64,000 nt of DNA from Isurus oxyrinchus (taxonomy: Eukaryota). The stretch spans positions 930,001 through 994,000 of the forward strand of contig JANJGN010000167.1 in assembly GCA_026770705.1 (NCBI GenBank). Reading direction: 5' to 3'. A program made the translations under genes and the position numbers. The notes beneath the pieces were generated by a model that was given only the letters and a program-made list of their open reading frames with translations, did not search any database and was not told where the DNA came from. This document shows positions 36,748-50,058 of the stretch, in pieces; position 1 is the first letter of the stretch, and each line of letters opens with the position of its first letter.

Positions 36748-37330
36748 AAACACACAAGCACTTGTCAAGGGAAATTACGGGTGGGTGTATAAATGCTTGC
36801 ATAGACAGTGAAAAACAAATCCACAAAAAGTGCATTAAAACATTCACAGACATGCACTTTTATACACACAAACTCCTATACACTCAGAGAAACACATAAG
36901 CACACACACAGACACACAATACACACACACACACACAAAAACACAAACGCTCACATGCACACACATATAGACACACTGATACACATTTCGAGAAATGCAC
37001 ACATACAAACAGGAACTGTCTCCCTCTCGCACACACACACACACGCTCACGCGCACACACACACACACACACACACACATTCAAACACACATACTCTCAC
37101 CGAAAGCCACACAGTCTCACATGCACACACAAATAGACATGCATATCCACATATAAAGAAACAAGCACACACACACTCTAACATAGAAGCACAGCAAAAT
37201 ACATACATTTCTCAAGGGCAATAAGGCATGGGAAATAATTGCAGGCCTAGTCAGCGAATTCCACACCCCGTAAAAACAAAATTCAAACACTCACACATGC
37301 AATCACACACACACACACACACTCTCACCC

Positions 37331-37368
<38 letters not shown>

Positions 37369-38158
37369 ATCCAATCACATGCACACACAAAGACAATCAA
37401 TTACGCAATCAAAATCACTGAAACACACATGTGAACACACACATGTAACACAAATATATGAACACAATATACTCAGAAACTCACACAAGCACAAACACAC
37501 ACAAGCACACAGACTCAGAAGCTCACATATTTATCCACATTCACACAATCACACACACACACACAGACATGCACACACACGCAGGCACAAAAGAATAGAT
37601 ATCCATTACACAAACACATACATACACTTAGACATACAGACATACAGAAACACACACACATGAACACACAGACACAGAGAGACAATATAAACAGAAGCTT
37701 GCACTATCATAAACACATACACAAGCAGACAGTCTCAGAATCTCACATAGTTATCAACATTCACACAAACACAAATACGCAGACACAAACACAGATGTCT
37801 GCAAAACAAACGCATACATACACAGACACACAGACGTACAAACACAAACAGACACACACATACACAAACACAAATACACTCAGACACACACACAAGCAAA
37901 GTGAAAGACTGACATGCAGGGATGCACCCAAATGCATACATGCATACTCATACAGACTCATGCAGTCGAGCACACACACTCAAGCATTGCCTCTTCCTCT
38001 TGTATACATTGCCACATACATGCCCACAAAGAAAAATGCACTGACACTCATTCAAAAAATGTCAGACAAACTCTCTCTCACTCACACAAAAACACTCACA
38101 GGCAGACACACAGGCGCACACAAACACAGAGTCCAATGCACGCACACACACACACACG

Positions 38159-38197
<39 letters not shown>

Positions 38198-40287
38198 CAC
38201 CTATATGGATGCCTACACAATCATGCACATAAAATTGTACACATACTCACACACAAAGTTGCAAAAACAGACACAATAATATGCACACACAGACAACCCC
38301 TCACAGATAATCTGACTCACAAACGCACAGAATAACACACGCACACACAAAAAGAGAAAAATGTGAAAACAAGCACATAAACACACAGAAGCATTCACAC
38401 ACAGGTAAATAGGCACACAAAAGCACACACTCACACAAACAGTAACATTCAATGGAAAACACATGCCGTTCTCTCTCTCACACAGTCTCTCTCTCTCTCT
38501 TGTTCTCTCTCTCTCTATCTGTCTCTCTTAAGCAATCAAAAGTTCATGAACACACACATGTAGAAAATCATGCACAGACACACAAAAACAAACACACAGA
38601 ACCACACATACACATTCAGATTCATGCCTACGCACACATTCACACACACTCATTCTCACAAACAATCCCAAACAAGAAACACAAATACTCATACACATGC
38701 AAGCACACACACACACAAATGCACTAATGCACATGCACACACAAACACGTACACAGAAACAGACACACACAAAAGTACTCGCACAAACACACAGTCACAT
38801 ACACGCACATGCACTGATATACACACACACAGAAACACACAAGCACTTGTCAAGGGCTTTTTGGGGTGGGCTGTAAATGCTGGCATTGACATTGAAACAA
38901 AATCCCTTAAATCATGCATTAAAGAACTCACACTCACACACTTTTACACAGTCATACACATATACTTTCGTAGAAACACATAAGTCCACTGACACACACC
39001 GTACATGTACATACATGCACACAAACACAAACTCTTACATGCACACACATGTAGACACACTGATTCACATTTCAAGAAATGCACACATACAAACAGGAAC
39101 TCTCTCCCTCTCCAATGCACACACACTCGCACACACACATACATACTCTCACAGGCACCCAAACACTCTCACATGCACACTCATATAGACATGCATATTA
39201 ACATATACAGAAACAAGCACACACACACTCAAACACAGAAGCATAACAAAATACATACACTTCTCAAGGGCAATAAGGCTTGGGAAATAATTGCTGGCCG
39301 AGCAAGCAAATCTCACAGCCCATATGAATGAAATTGAAACACTCACACATACAGTGGCACACATACACACATGTACACAGACATGCACACTCAAACACAT
39401 GCACACACAAACTCACGCATGCGCACACAAAGGCACTCAGACACTAAATCCAATGCACAGAAACACACAAACGAGCACAAAGAAATTCATACACACAATC
39501 ACACACTCACACACATGTGCACACAAACACAAACTCACAACGGCATGAACACGCAAAGACAATCACATGTTCAATCCAGAAAAACGNNNNNNNNNNNNNN
39601 NNNNNNNNNNNNNNNNNNNNNNNNNNNNNNNNNNNNNNNNNNNNNNNNNNNNNNNNNNNNNNNNNNNNNNNNNNNNNNNNNNNNNNNNNNNNNNNNNNNN
39701 NNNNNNNNNNNNNNNNNNNNNNACAGATGAACACATTTTCAGCTGGATGAAGATGCACACATACTCACACAGTGAATTGCAGAAACAGGCTCACTCACAG
39801 GCAGACGCAGAAAAACTCTCACAAATGCTAAGAAAAACCAACACACGTACGCTGAGAGAAACACTTAAAAATAACCACACAAACCAGCACACAATCTTTC
39901 TCACACAGAGAAACTTCCACGCAAACACAAGCACCCACATATATAGTAATATTCACACAAAAAAATGTCTCTTTCTCTCTCGCTTTTACACGGGCACACG
40001 TTCATGAAGACAGACATGCAGACACACATAGGCAGAAATGCCCAAACACAAACATGCAGAAACACATATAACACGCATTCATGCACACGCACATGTGCAC
40101 TGACGCTCATTGACACAAACAATTGAATTCAAGAAGCACACACACACAAGTGCACAAACGCATGTACATGAACGCACACACACAAACACACTCTCACATG
40201 CGCACACATATGGGGACGCTGATTCACATATAGAGAGAGAAGCGCACACACAAACACAAGTGCAATGTCTCTTTCTCTGTCTCGCAA

Positions 40288-40340
<53 letters not shown>

Positions 40341-40427
40341 TATTGAAACACACACAAGCTCACATGCATGTACACATGGCAGCAAAGGAACACGTGCACT
40401 GAAACTGGCACACGCGTAGACACACAC

Positions 40428-40472
<45 letters not shown>

Positions 40473-41769
40473 GACAAACACATATGCACACACGCACAGA
40501 AACACACAAACACTTGTCAAGGGCAAGTAGAGGTGGGATATAAATGCTGGCATTGACAGCAAAACGCACATTCCTTAAAATGCATTAAAATAACCTCAAA
40601 TTCACACACTTGCTCATGCACATGCACATGCGCAGAAACACACAAGCGCAAAAAGACACACATATGCATGCAAATACACACAAACACACACACACAAACA
40701 CTCACATACACACATATGGACAAGCTGATTCAAATATTAAGAAACAAAGACAACTCACAAAATGTCTGTCTCTCTCACACACACATATGCACACACACCC
40801 ATACCTACATACACATGCACACAGGCACCCACATAATCTCACATGCACACACATATGCGGATGCATGTTCACATATAAGGAAACAAACACACACACTCAA
40901 ACACAGAAACACACTGAAGTACAAACACTTCTCAAGTGCAATAAGGCATGGGAAATAATTGCTGGCTTAGCCAGAAAATCCTTCAACCTATACAATCGAA
41001 TTAGAAACAATCACATATATACAAACATTGACACAAATTCAGACCCAGACACAAACGAGCGTGCGCATGCACACANNNNNNNNNNNNNNNNNNNNNNNNN
41101 NNNNNNNNNNNNNNNNNNNNNNNNNNNNNNNNNNNNNNNNNNNNNNNNNNNNNNNNNNNNNNNNNNNNNNNNNNNNNNNNNNNNNNNNNNNNNNNNNNNN
41201 NNNNACAATCACACAAGCAGAAACTCACACGTACACACACAAACATAGCCACACACTCACACACACACACACACACTTGCAAACAAACACACATGCACAC
41301 ACAAATACAATTTCATTCTCAATCCATATCACACAAATACACATGTATCACACACACACACACACAAAGTCATTCACCCAGAAACACACAGGAGCACATA
41401 CTCACTATCACACAACCAAGGGGAAAGGCACTTGGACACCCACACACACACACAAAGATAAACAAATCCAGAAGATCACATGTATACACACACACTTAGA
41501 CAAACGTAAACTCACAAATGCACACAGATGCACGGTCAAATATGTGCACACAAACACACACACACAAAAAGCCACACACCAACACAAAGTGAAACCCATG
41601 CACTCAAAAGCACTTTTACACATATGAGGGCACGCCCATTTGGACGCATACACACACAGTCACATGCAGACGGATGCACACATTCAAGCACTCTCTCACT
41701 CTCACTTATACACTCACACATGAACGGACACATGCAGACACCTGAAAACAAAGTGTCTCACACACACAT

Positions 41770-41840
<71 letters not shown>
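33322..41840. repeat. ~8.5-kb degenerate CA-rich tract with internal tandem and kb-scale duplications (inside the GPCR intron)
   Basis: A ~120-bp unit occurs three times at 33590-33915. Region 35480-37300 resembles 37660-39330 and in part 40500-41000. Confidence 0.92.
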
Positions 41841-41842
<2 letters not shown>

Positions 41843-41859
41843 GGAGTGCTTTGACCTGC

Positions 41860-44800
41860 TTTACAGTGTTTAAGTTGGAGGCTGGTGACTGAAGGAATTT
41901 AAAGCTAATTTCTATCTAAAGTCTGGTCTTAATTTACATTAGTAATTAAGTAAAATTGATGTTTGGCGTGGAAGAAGGTGAATTATAGGCCAGCTTTAAA
42001 ACCGTGTTTATACAGGTACTGCTTGCAGCTACAACTATTTAACAAAGTAATCCTTTGAGCACCATGAGAACAGTAGGGCAAGTAATTCCTACTTTTATCG
42101 CTTATAGTTTTTATGGTATTATTTGGTGGTTAATTGTTTATTTGGCCGCATTCTGTAAAAACAAGAAGCTAGAATGAAGGGCCCTAGAGTAATTGATCGT
42201 ATTTGATATTAAGTATCTTCCATATGATTCATGTAATTTAAAGGGGTAAGTCATGGTATGCTCCTCCTGCTCTATGTGGGAAGCCGTGAACATTTCCAGT
42301 GCTGGGGCGCAGCATGTGTGCGGGAGGTGTCTCCAGCTACAACTCCTGGAAGCCCGGGTTAAGGAGTGTGGTGGCGGCTGGGGACCCTGTGGAGCATCCG
42401 CGAGGCAGAGAGAATTCTGGATAGCACTTATAGAGACGATGTCACAACGCAGGCTATGTGCCCACAGGTAAGAAGGAATGGGTGACCACCAGGCAGAACA
42501 AGAGGACTGAGCAGGCAATGCAGGTATCTCTTGTGGCTATTCCCCTGAAAAACAGATATACCACCTTGGATACTGGTGAGGGGAGTGTCCTCTCATACAA
42601 AAGCAGCCTAAATCATTGCAAGCACTTGTTGCTCTGCTGCACTGGAGAGGAGTAAAAATTGTGGTATTGAAATAGTTGTAGGGGGTTCAACTTTAAGGGG
42701 TATAGATAGACATTACTCTGGCCGCAAATGATACTCCAGGATGGTATGGTGCCTCCTTGGTGCTAGAGTCAAGGCTGCCTCAGAGTGGCTGCATGATTAT
42801 CTGAAAGGAGAAGGTGAAAAGCACATGGTCGTGTCACACATTGGTACAAAGGACTTAGGCAAGAAAAGGATTAGGACATAAAAGCAGAATATAGGGCTTT
42901 AGGAATTAAGTTGAAAATTGGGGCCTCAAAGATAGTGATTGTAGGATTACTACCAGTGCCACGTGCTAGTCAGGATAGAACTAGCAAGATATATCGAATT
43001 AATATGTGTTTCTGAAGAGATGGAGTGAGGGGGAGAGTTTCATACTCCTGGGACATTGGGACCGGTTCTGTGGGAGGTGGGACCACTGTAAACTGGATGG
43101 GTTTATCTTGTGCAGGAACGGAACTGATGTACTAGGGGAATATTGGGAATGGGTTAAAATAAAATGGTAGGTGGGTGGGAAATTTGCAAGGAATCGGGGA
43201 GGGAGAGTCTAGGACAAGAACAAAAGACAGAATGGAGAATGAGACAAGTGACTGGCAGAGAAATCAAGGGCAAGAATCAAACAGGGCTCAGTGAAATATC
43301 GTGGGAACGGGACAAGTAATGTAAAGAGGACAAAACTCAAGTCTTTGTGCTTTAACACGAGGAGCATTCGCAAAAGAGTGGATGCATTAACCGTACACGT
43401 AGGTGCAAACAGGTATGATCTAGTCAGGATTACGGAGACATGGCTGCAGGATTACCATGGTTGAGAACTGAACATCCAGGATTATTCAGTATTTAGGAAG
43501 GAAAGATGAAAATTAAGACACGGTTGCACAGCATTGCTGGTTAAAGAGGAAATTAACGCAATAATGAGGAAATATATTAGCTCCAAGTGTGGAAACCTTG
43601 TGGTTAAAGCTGAGAAACAAGAAAGACAAAGAGTCAAAGAATGTTATTTAACTTTTATGTTGTATATGGGCCCCTAACCTGTCATGGTGATGCTGGGAAT
43701 GCCATTAATCAGGAAGTTACTGACACATGCAATAATGGAATATCTGGATTTAATCTGCATATAGATTGGGAAAATCAAATTAATAACAATAAGGTAGAGG
43801 ATGAATTACTGCAGTGTAAACAGGATGGATTTCTGGACCAATACATTGGGGAACCAAACAGAGAACAGGCCATTATAGACTTGATATTGTGTAATGAGAA
43901 GGAAATAATTGGCAATCTAGTTGTGTAAGGCCTCATGGGGATCAGCCATTGTATTAAGATATAAATCCTCATCAAGAACGTTGTTGAATCTGAGACTATG
44001 GTTCTGACTCTTAGTAAAGGAAATTACGTTGGTATGAGGCGCGAGTTGGCTATGATGGATTTGAAAAGGGTTACTTAAAGGGATGGCGGTGGATAAGCAA
44101 TGCCCAACATTCAAAGAACACATGGCTGAACTGCAAACATTGTTTATTCCTGTCTGGCGCAAAAGACAGTCAGGAAAGGTGGCCGAACCAGGGCTTACAA
44201 AGGAAATTAGAGGTTGTATTAGGTCCAATGAAGAGACTTGCAATTTGGCCAGAATAAAACAACAGGCCAGAATGTCTGGAACAGTTTAGAATTCAGCAAA
44301 TGAGAACCAAGGCAATGATTAAGATGGGGAAAATAAAGAACCAGAGTAAGCTTTCAGGGAACATTAAGAGTACCTGTAAAAGTCTCTGTAGGCATGTGAT
44401 GAGGATAAAACTATTGCTGAAGACAAATGTAGGTCCCATACATTCAGAAACAGGAAAGTTTAAAGTGGGGAACAAATCAATGGCTGTACAACTAAATTCA
44501 CACTTTGGTCCTTTCTTCACACAGGAGGACACGAATAACATAGCAGAAATGATGGGGAACACAGGGTTTAGAGAGAGAAAGGAACTGAAAGATATCATTA
44601 TCAGTAGGGAAATGGTGTTGTGAAAATTGATGTGATTGAAGGCCGATAAATCACCACGGCCTGATAATCTACATGCCGGAGTATTAAGGAACTGACATTA
44701 GAAATAAGGAATGCATTGGTGGTCATCCTCCGAGAGTCTATAGACTCTGGAACAGTTCCTGGAGATTGGAAGGTATCTAATGTAAGAAGACATAAAAGAT

Positions 44801-46120
44801 TTAATACCTAAGATACTTTGAAAACAGTGGCAGAATGGAGCAGAGTCCACATTTATTTATGAAAGGGAAATCATGCTAGACAAATCTATTGGAATTTTCC
44901 GAGGATGTAACTTGTAGGGTTGATGAGAGGGAGCCAAATGATGTCGTTTATTTGGATTTTCAGAAGGTTTTCGACGAAGTCCCACATAGAAATTAGTGTG
45001 TGAAAATGAAGTCCACGGGATTGGGAGTAGTTTATTGAGATGGACAGAAAACTGGCGAGCAGACATTAAACAAAGAGAAGGAATAAACGTTTTTTTTTTT
45101 TTCCGAATGGCAGGAAGTGACTGGTGGGGTAACGCAGGCATCGGTGCTGGGAGCCAAGATATTCACATTATATATTAATGATTTAGATGAGGGGACTAAA
45201 TGTAATATCTCGACATTTACGGATGATGCAAAGCTGGTTGGGAGGTTGAGCATTGAGTGTGATTTGGACAAGCTGACTGAGTGGGGAAATTCATGGCAGA
45301 TGCTGTATAATGTGATAAATGTGAGGTTGCCCACTTTGCTGGCAAAATCAGGAAGGCAGATTATTACCTGAATAGCTAAATATTGAGAGAGGGGAAAATG
45401 CAACGAGACCTGGGTGTCCTTGCACACCAGTCAGTGCATTTAAACATGGAGGTGCAGAATGTGTCAAAAACTGAAAGTGGTATGGTGGCCTTCATAGCGA
45501 GATGATTCGAGTGCAGCAGCAGAGATGTATTGCTGCAATTGTATAGGAGCTTTGTGAGAACACAGCTGGAATATTGTGTCCAATTTTGGTTTCCTTATCT
45601 GAGGAAGAATGTTCTTGCTATAGGGTAAGTGCAGCAATGGTTTACCAAGTTGATTACTGGGATGATGGGACTGATAATTGAGGAGGGATTGAGTCTGTTA
45701 GTATTGTATTGCCTGGAGTTCTGAGAAAAGAGAGGGCTCACATAGAAAACACTAAATGGACTAGACAGTGTAGATTCAGAAAGCGTGTTGCCAATGGTGG
45801 GGGAGTCCTGAACCAGGGGTCACAGTCTGAGGACATGGGGTAGACCATTAATTGCTGTGATTAAGAGTAGTTTCATCATCCAGATAGTGGTGTACCTGTG
45901 GAATTCGATACGACATATTGTAGTACAGACCAAAACATTGTATGTTTTGAAGAAGTTAGATATCGCTGTTGGGGTGAAATTTCATCAAGGGTATGTGGTG
46001 AAAACGGGTTCAGGCTACTCAGTTGGATGATCAGCAGTGATCATAACGAATGGTGGGGCAGGCTCGAGGTGCTCAATGGCCTAATCCTGCTCTTGTTTTC
46101 TATATTTCTATATTCCTATG
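41860..46120 (+). mobile_element. Near full-length decayed CR1 LINE (ORF1 zinc finger and SGNH esterase; ORF2 APE endonuclease and RT)
   Basis: ORF1 shows CSSCSMWE..HVCGRCLQLQLLEARV at 42253 and esterase motifs at about 42670-43130. ORF2 starts near 43330 (SLCFNTRSIRK, ITETWL, IIDLILCNE) and RT reads GVTQASVLG..FTLYINDLD..FTDDAKL. It ends in a tttctatattcctatg tail and has many stops and frameshifts. Confidence 0.92.
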
Positions 46121-46124
46121 TTTC

Positions 46125-46614
46125 ACACACAATTTCTCTTTCTCTCTCACACTCTCTCACTCTCTCTCTCTCTCTCACTCTGTCTGCCTCTCAAACACAC
46201 ACGCACACAAACAAACACAAATATACACACAAAGAAACACAAACTCACAGGCACAGCACACAGACAGACACTCAAACAGACACGCAAACCCTCAAACGCA
46301 AATACACGCATATGAATGCAAACATAGGCACGCACCAAAGGATGCACACATGCTCACAAAATTACTCACACAAACAGGGATACTCATGCACATTCACTAG
46401 ATCTTATAAACACTCCGCAACACACCAACACACAGGAAAACACACACACACACACAAACAGCAACACACATAAAACAGGCACAAAAACACACTCATAAAT
46501 GTTCACACTCACAGAAAATTTCACAAAAACTTAAGCTCTCACAAACATAGTAATACACACAGGGACACACACATATGACTCTCCCCCTCTTTCTTACACA
46601 CACACAGACTATCA
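46125..46614. repeat. CT/CA-rich tract (continuation of the tract split by the CR1)
   Basis: Direct inspection. Confidence 0.85.
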
Positions 46615-47249
46615 NNNNNNNNNNNNNNNNNNNNNNNNNNNNNNNNNNNNNNNNNNNNNNNNNNNNNNNNNNNNNNNNNNNNNNNNNNNNNNNNNNNNNN
46701 NNNNNNNNNNNNNNNNNNNNNNNNNNNNNNNNNNNNNNNNNNNNNNNNNNNNNNNNNNNNNNNNNNNNNNNNNNNNNNNNNNNNNNNNNNNNNNNNNNNN
46801 NNNNNNNNNNNNNNNNNNNNNNNNNNNNNNNNNNNNNNNNNNNNNNNNNNNNNNNNNNNNNNNNNNNNNNNNNNNNNNNNNNNNNNNNNNNNNNNNNNNN
46901 NNNNNNNNNNNNNNNNNNNNNNNCAACTCTCACACACAGCACAATTGAATGAAACAACGATGGTCAGGCACACATATGGATGATGATCCTCCGATGCTCA
47001 CCACTGTGCCTATCCACTCAAGTGACTCCGTGAGTGTCTGGCCTATCTGGATTCCCCTTTCCTGTGACCTCAGCAGCTCCAGATTCTTGTGCCAAGGAGG
47101 GTGTCACTGCCATACAGCCGGACCCCAGAAGCAGGCCTAATATTCACAATCACCACCTTACTCTCACACAGCTTCCACTGGCACCGGGCACACATACACT
47201 GTCTTAACGTAACTCCATCTATTCAACTACGGCAGATACATCACCCAAT

Positions 47250-48700
47250 ACAATGCAACACCATCAAAGACATTCTGCGCTCTCTCGCTGGCCGGACAAC
47301 GTGAACCCTTAAACACAGGGAGTGGATTAAGAACCAGAGGGTGCAAGGGGAACCTTCAACCACTGTGCTTGAGGGAGGAGATGGTTCTCTGCATCATGGA
47401 AGCGGCTGTGAAAGAAACTGTAACATGAGAAATCACCGCAAGTATTCAGGATGATGCTATGTTCCTGATTTATGTCCTTTGTGAACGCCCAGCCCACCCT
47501 CATCCTGCTGCCTGGGATGATGCACAAGCTTCAGATGAGGGTAACATGGACATCTTGCTTTCCATCCCACCCACAACCTCTCAGCCCAATGCTCCCATTT
47601 CTGATTTCAAACTTGGCAACGACAGCCAAAAACGGACAGCTCCCCATTGAGACAAAGGGGGAGAGAGATGTGGGGCGAGAACGAGAGAGGTAGTTGGGAG
47701 GAGGGGGATGGGAGAGAGGGACGATGGGAAAGCCGGGGGAGAGAAAAACATGACAACACTGATGATGTAGCACATTAACTTGAAATGACACTCAGCCACC
47801 AGCTCATGTATTTGCACTGTATGTGAAATAGAGACTAGTGCAGATTCGGAATATGTATGTGGTGAATCATCGGGCGCAAATGGGCTGCAGACAGGTCAGT
47901 TGGAAATGATAGTTCCTGCGCCAGCTCAATGGAGGGTGTGATCACAAACAGGTTCTGGTACAGGGGACTCAGATAGGAACTTTGCTGGGCCCTGTGGATT
48001 TGGACACAAACTCCATCAAAGCAATAACGGACCCTGCCCTGCTAAAGTATCTGGTAGACGTTGTCCCAACTTCCGCTGCAGTACAGGCCAACTCTATACA
48101 AAATCCGATCACCGCAGTGGGAGCTCATACTGCGCTCATGACATCCATGCATTCTGCCATGCAGGCTGTCATCATGGCTGTGGATCTCAGTGCTCAAATG
48201 TACAGGCATGATGTCCTCAGCAATACAGCAATCTGTGCTAGAACAGATAACTAGGGTCACTGAGGTTCCGGACCGTGGGTGTGAGAGTGTCATCATGGAG
48301 CATGAACTTGCTGTCCTCTGTCAGGCTGACAGCATTTGTTCTCCCTTCAATGCCACTTCACCAGTGTCCTGCTGTCACCCCCATCAGCCAGGATACTGCT
48401 GTCCATCTCAAGGTGATGCAGTCCCAACATGAGTCCTCAAGACCCAGAGCTGCTTCAGGCTGTCCAGCCAGTCTATCTGCAGCCTTTCCCAGTGAAAGTC
48501 AGCAGCCTTCCAGTAGTCCTGCTGCTGCCACTGAAGAAGCACTGTGTAGGAGCACTAGGTATTTCGAGGGAACATACAGGACAGGCACAAATCAAACTCA
48601 AGTATGAATAGTTCAGTTGTGTCTGTATAATTGGATGTGTTGTTGGATAAAGATGTCAATAAAGAAGTTTGTGTAACTGATTTTTATTTCAGAATGGTGA
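47250..48700 (+). mobile_element. Putative Harbinger Myb/SANT-like accessory gene remnant
   Basis: EEMVLCIMEAAVKETVT at about 47375 resembles the post-Myb segment of vertebrate Harbinger ORF2. Downstream coding is Ser/Ala/Gln-rich with an AATAAA at about 48658, and it is convergent with the transposase. Confidence 0.4.
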
Positions 48701-49140
48701 CCAATGGGAAGCTGTGATGGGGTTTCTCATATGGTTGTAACAGTGAAGAATGGGGGGGGGAAAGTGATGTTGTCCAATGGGAATCAGAGTTTTATCTCCG
48801 ACAGCCTGTCTAGGTCAAAGGCGTCCATAAAATATCCACCCTGCCTCTTCCCTCTACTCTTGAGGTGTCCTCCGGATTCCTGGTGACATTGCCTATGCCC
48901 TCATGATAGTGATGATATTGTTACCATCCCAGCTGATGTTGCAACTGGAAAAGCCGGATGCCAGGATGGAGCGCAGCTGAATAGACCCTAACGCTTACAT
49001 TCATAGTTTAGAAACGTGGAAAGGGACTTCTGAACAGGATCACTGGAGAAGCTAATGAAGTTTTAACACAAAACATAATTAATTAAGGCAAGGTGAATTA
49101 TATTACAATGCTCTTGTACCCACAATTCTCTCTCTTTCTC

Positions 49141-49318
49141 TGATAGATAGATAGCTAGGTAGATGGATAGATAAATAGATAGATTGATAAATAGATAGAT
49201 AGATAGATCGATCTGTCGACCAACCGACAGACAGACAGACAGACAGATAGATAGAAATATATATACACAGATAGACAGATAGATCGATATGCAGACAGAT
49301 GATAGATAGATACATAGC
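49141..49318. repeat. (GATA)n/(GACA)n microsatellite
   Basis: Direct inspection. Confidence 0.92.
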
Positions 49319-49791
49319 TATGTAGGTTTTTAAGGATTACACAAGTTACAAAAGGCTTTCTTATACTCAAAAGTTCACGGTCGGTACACAGTCCATGTAA
49401 ACCAAGAGGATACCAGTATTCAGACACACCACACTGAATCCATTTGACAAACACAACTCCAAGAAATGCAATGCAACTGATTTCAACTCCTCCCACCCGC
49501 TTGTCCCACCGTGAGCCAACTGGTCTCACTGAACTCCATCTTCCACACGAGGCTTTCTAATCCTGACTCTTCAGGAGTCACTTTGGAATCTCTCCCACAC
49601 TGACACTTTCCCTCAGACTCCTTCTGCGAGGGATCACCTCCAGGGCTTTGAGCTCTCCTTCCAATGCTCCTCTTCCCTGGGTCATCACATTCATTCAAGC
49701 TGTCTTCTATGCAGTCTTACTCAGCGACTCAGATATCAGCAGTGCCGCTGCTTCACGTTCCCATTGCCAAGTGGTACAGGATTTCCATTGG

Positions 49792-50058
49792 TCACTTGGA
49801 ACTTCTGACTTCTAACAAACATTTATAAAACATGAAATCAGTTTCCTGCACTCTTTTTATAGTTAGATTTGAAGTTTGGATCCTTGCACTCTGCTCCTTA
49901 TACTTAAATTTACTTAACACACATCTCTCTGGTTCATTATTGCTCCTTTGACAGGAAGGTCTCCTTAGGTCACTATCCGGATTCTGCATCACACTTTTTC
50001 CTTTGGGTCCTATTGTGTATTTGTGGAAAATTATTTTCTCTGTAGTACCTGACTGCAT
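49792..50058 (-). pseudogene. Decayed immunoglobulin-superfamily (V/I-set-like) domain ORF within the LTR
   Basis: LTIKRVQETDFMFYKC matches the L-x-I-x-x-V-x-x-x-D-x-x-x-Y-x-C E/F-strand signature. GPKGKSVM is A'/B-strand-like, but the B-strand Cys and C-strand Trp are missing. Confidence 0.45.

Noticed and set aside
33500-41854. Many HT-rich and CV-rich ORFs
   Set aside because: They are translations of CA/TG microsatellite DNA.
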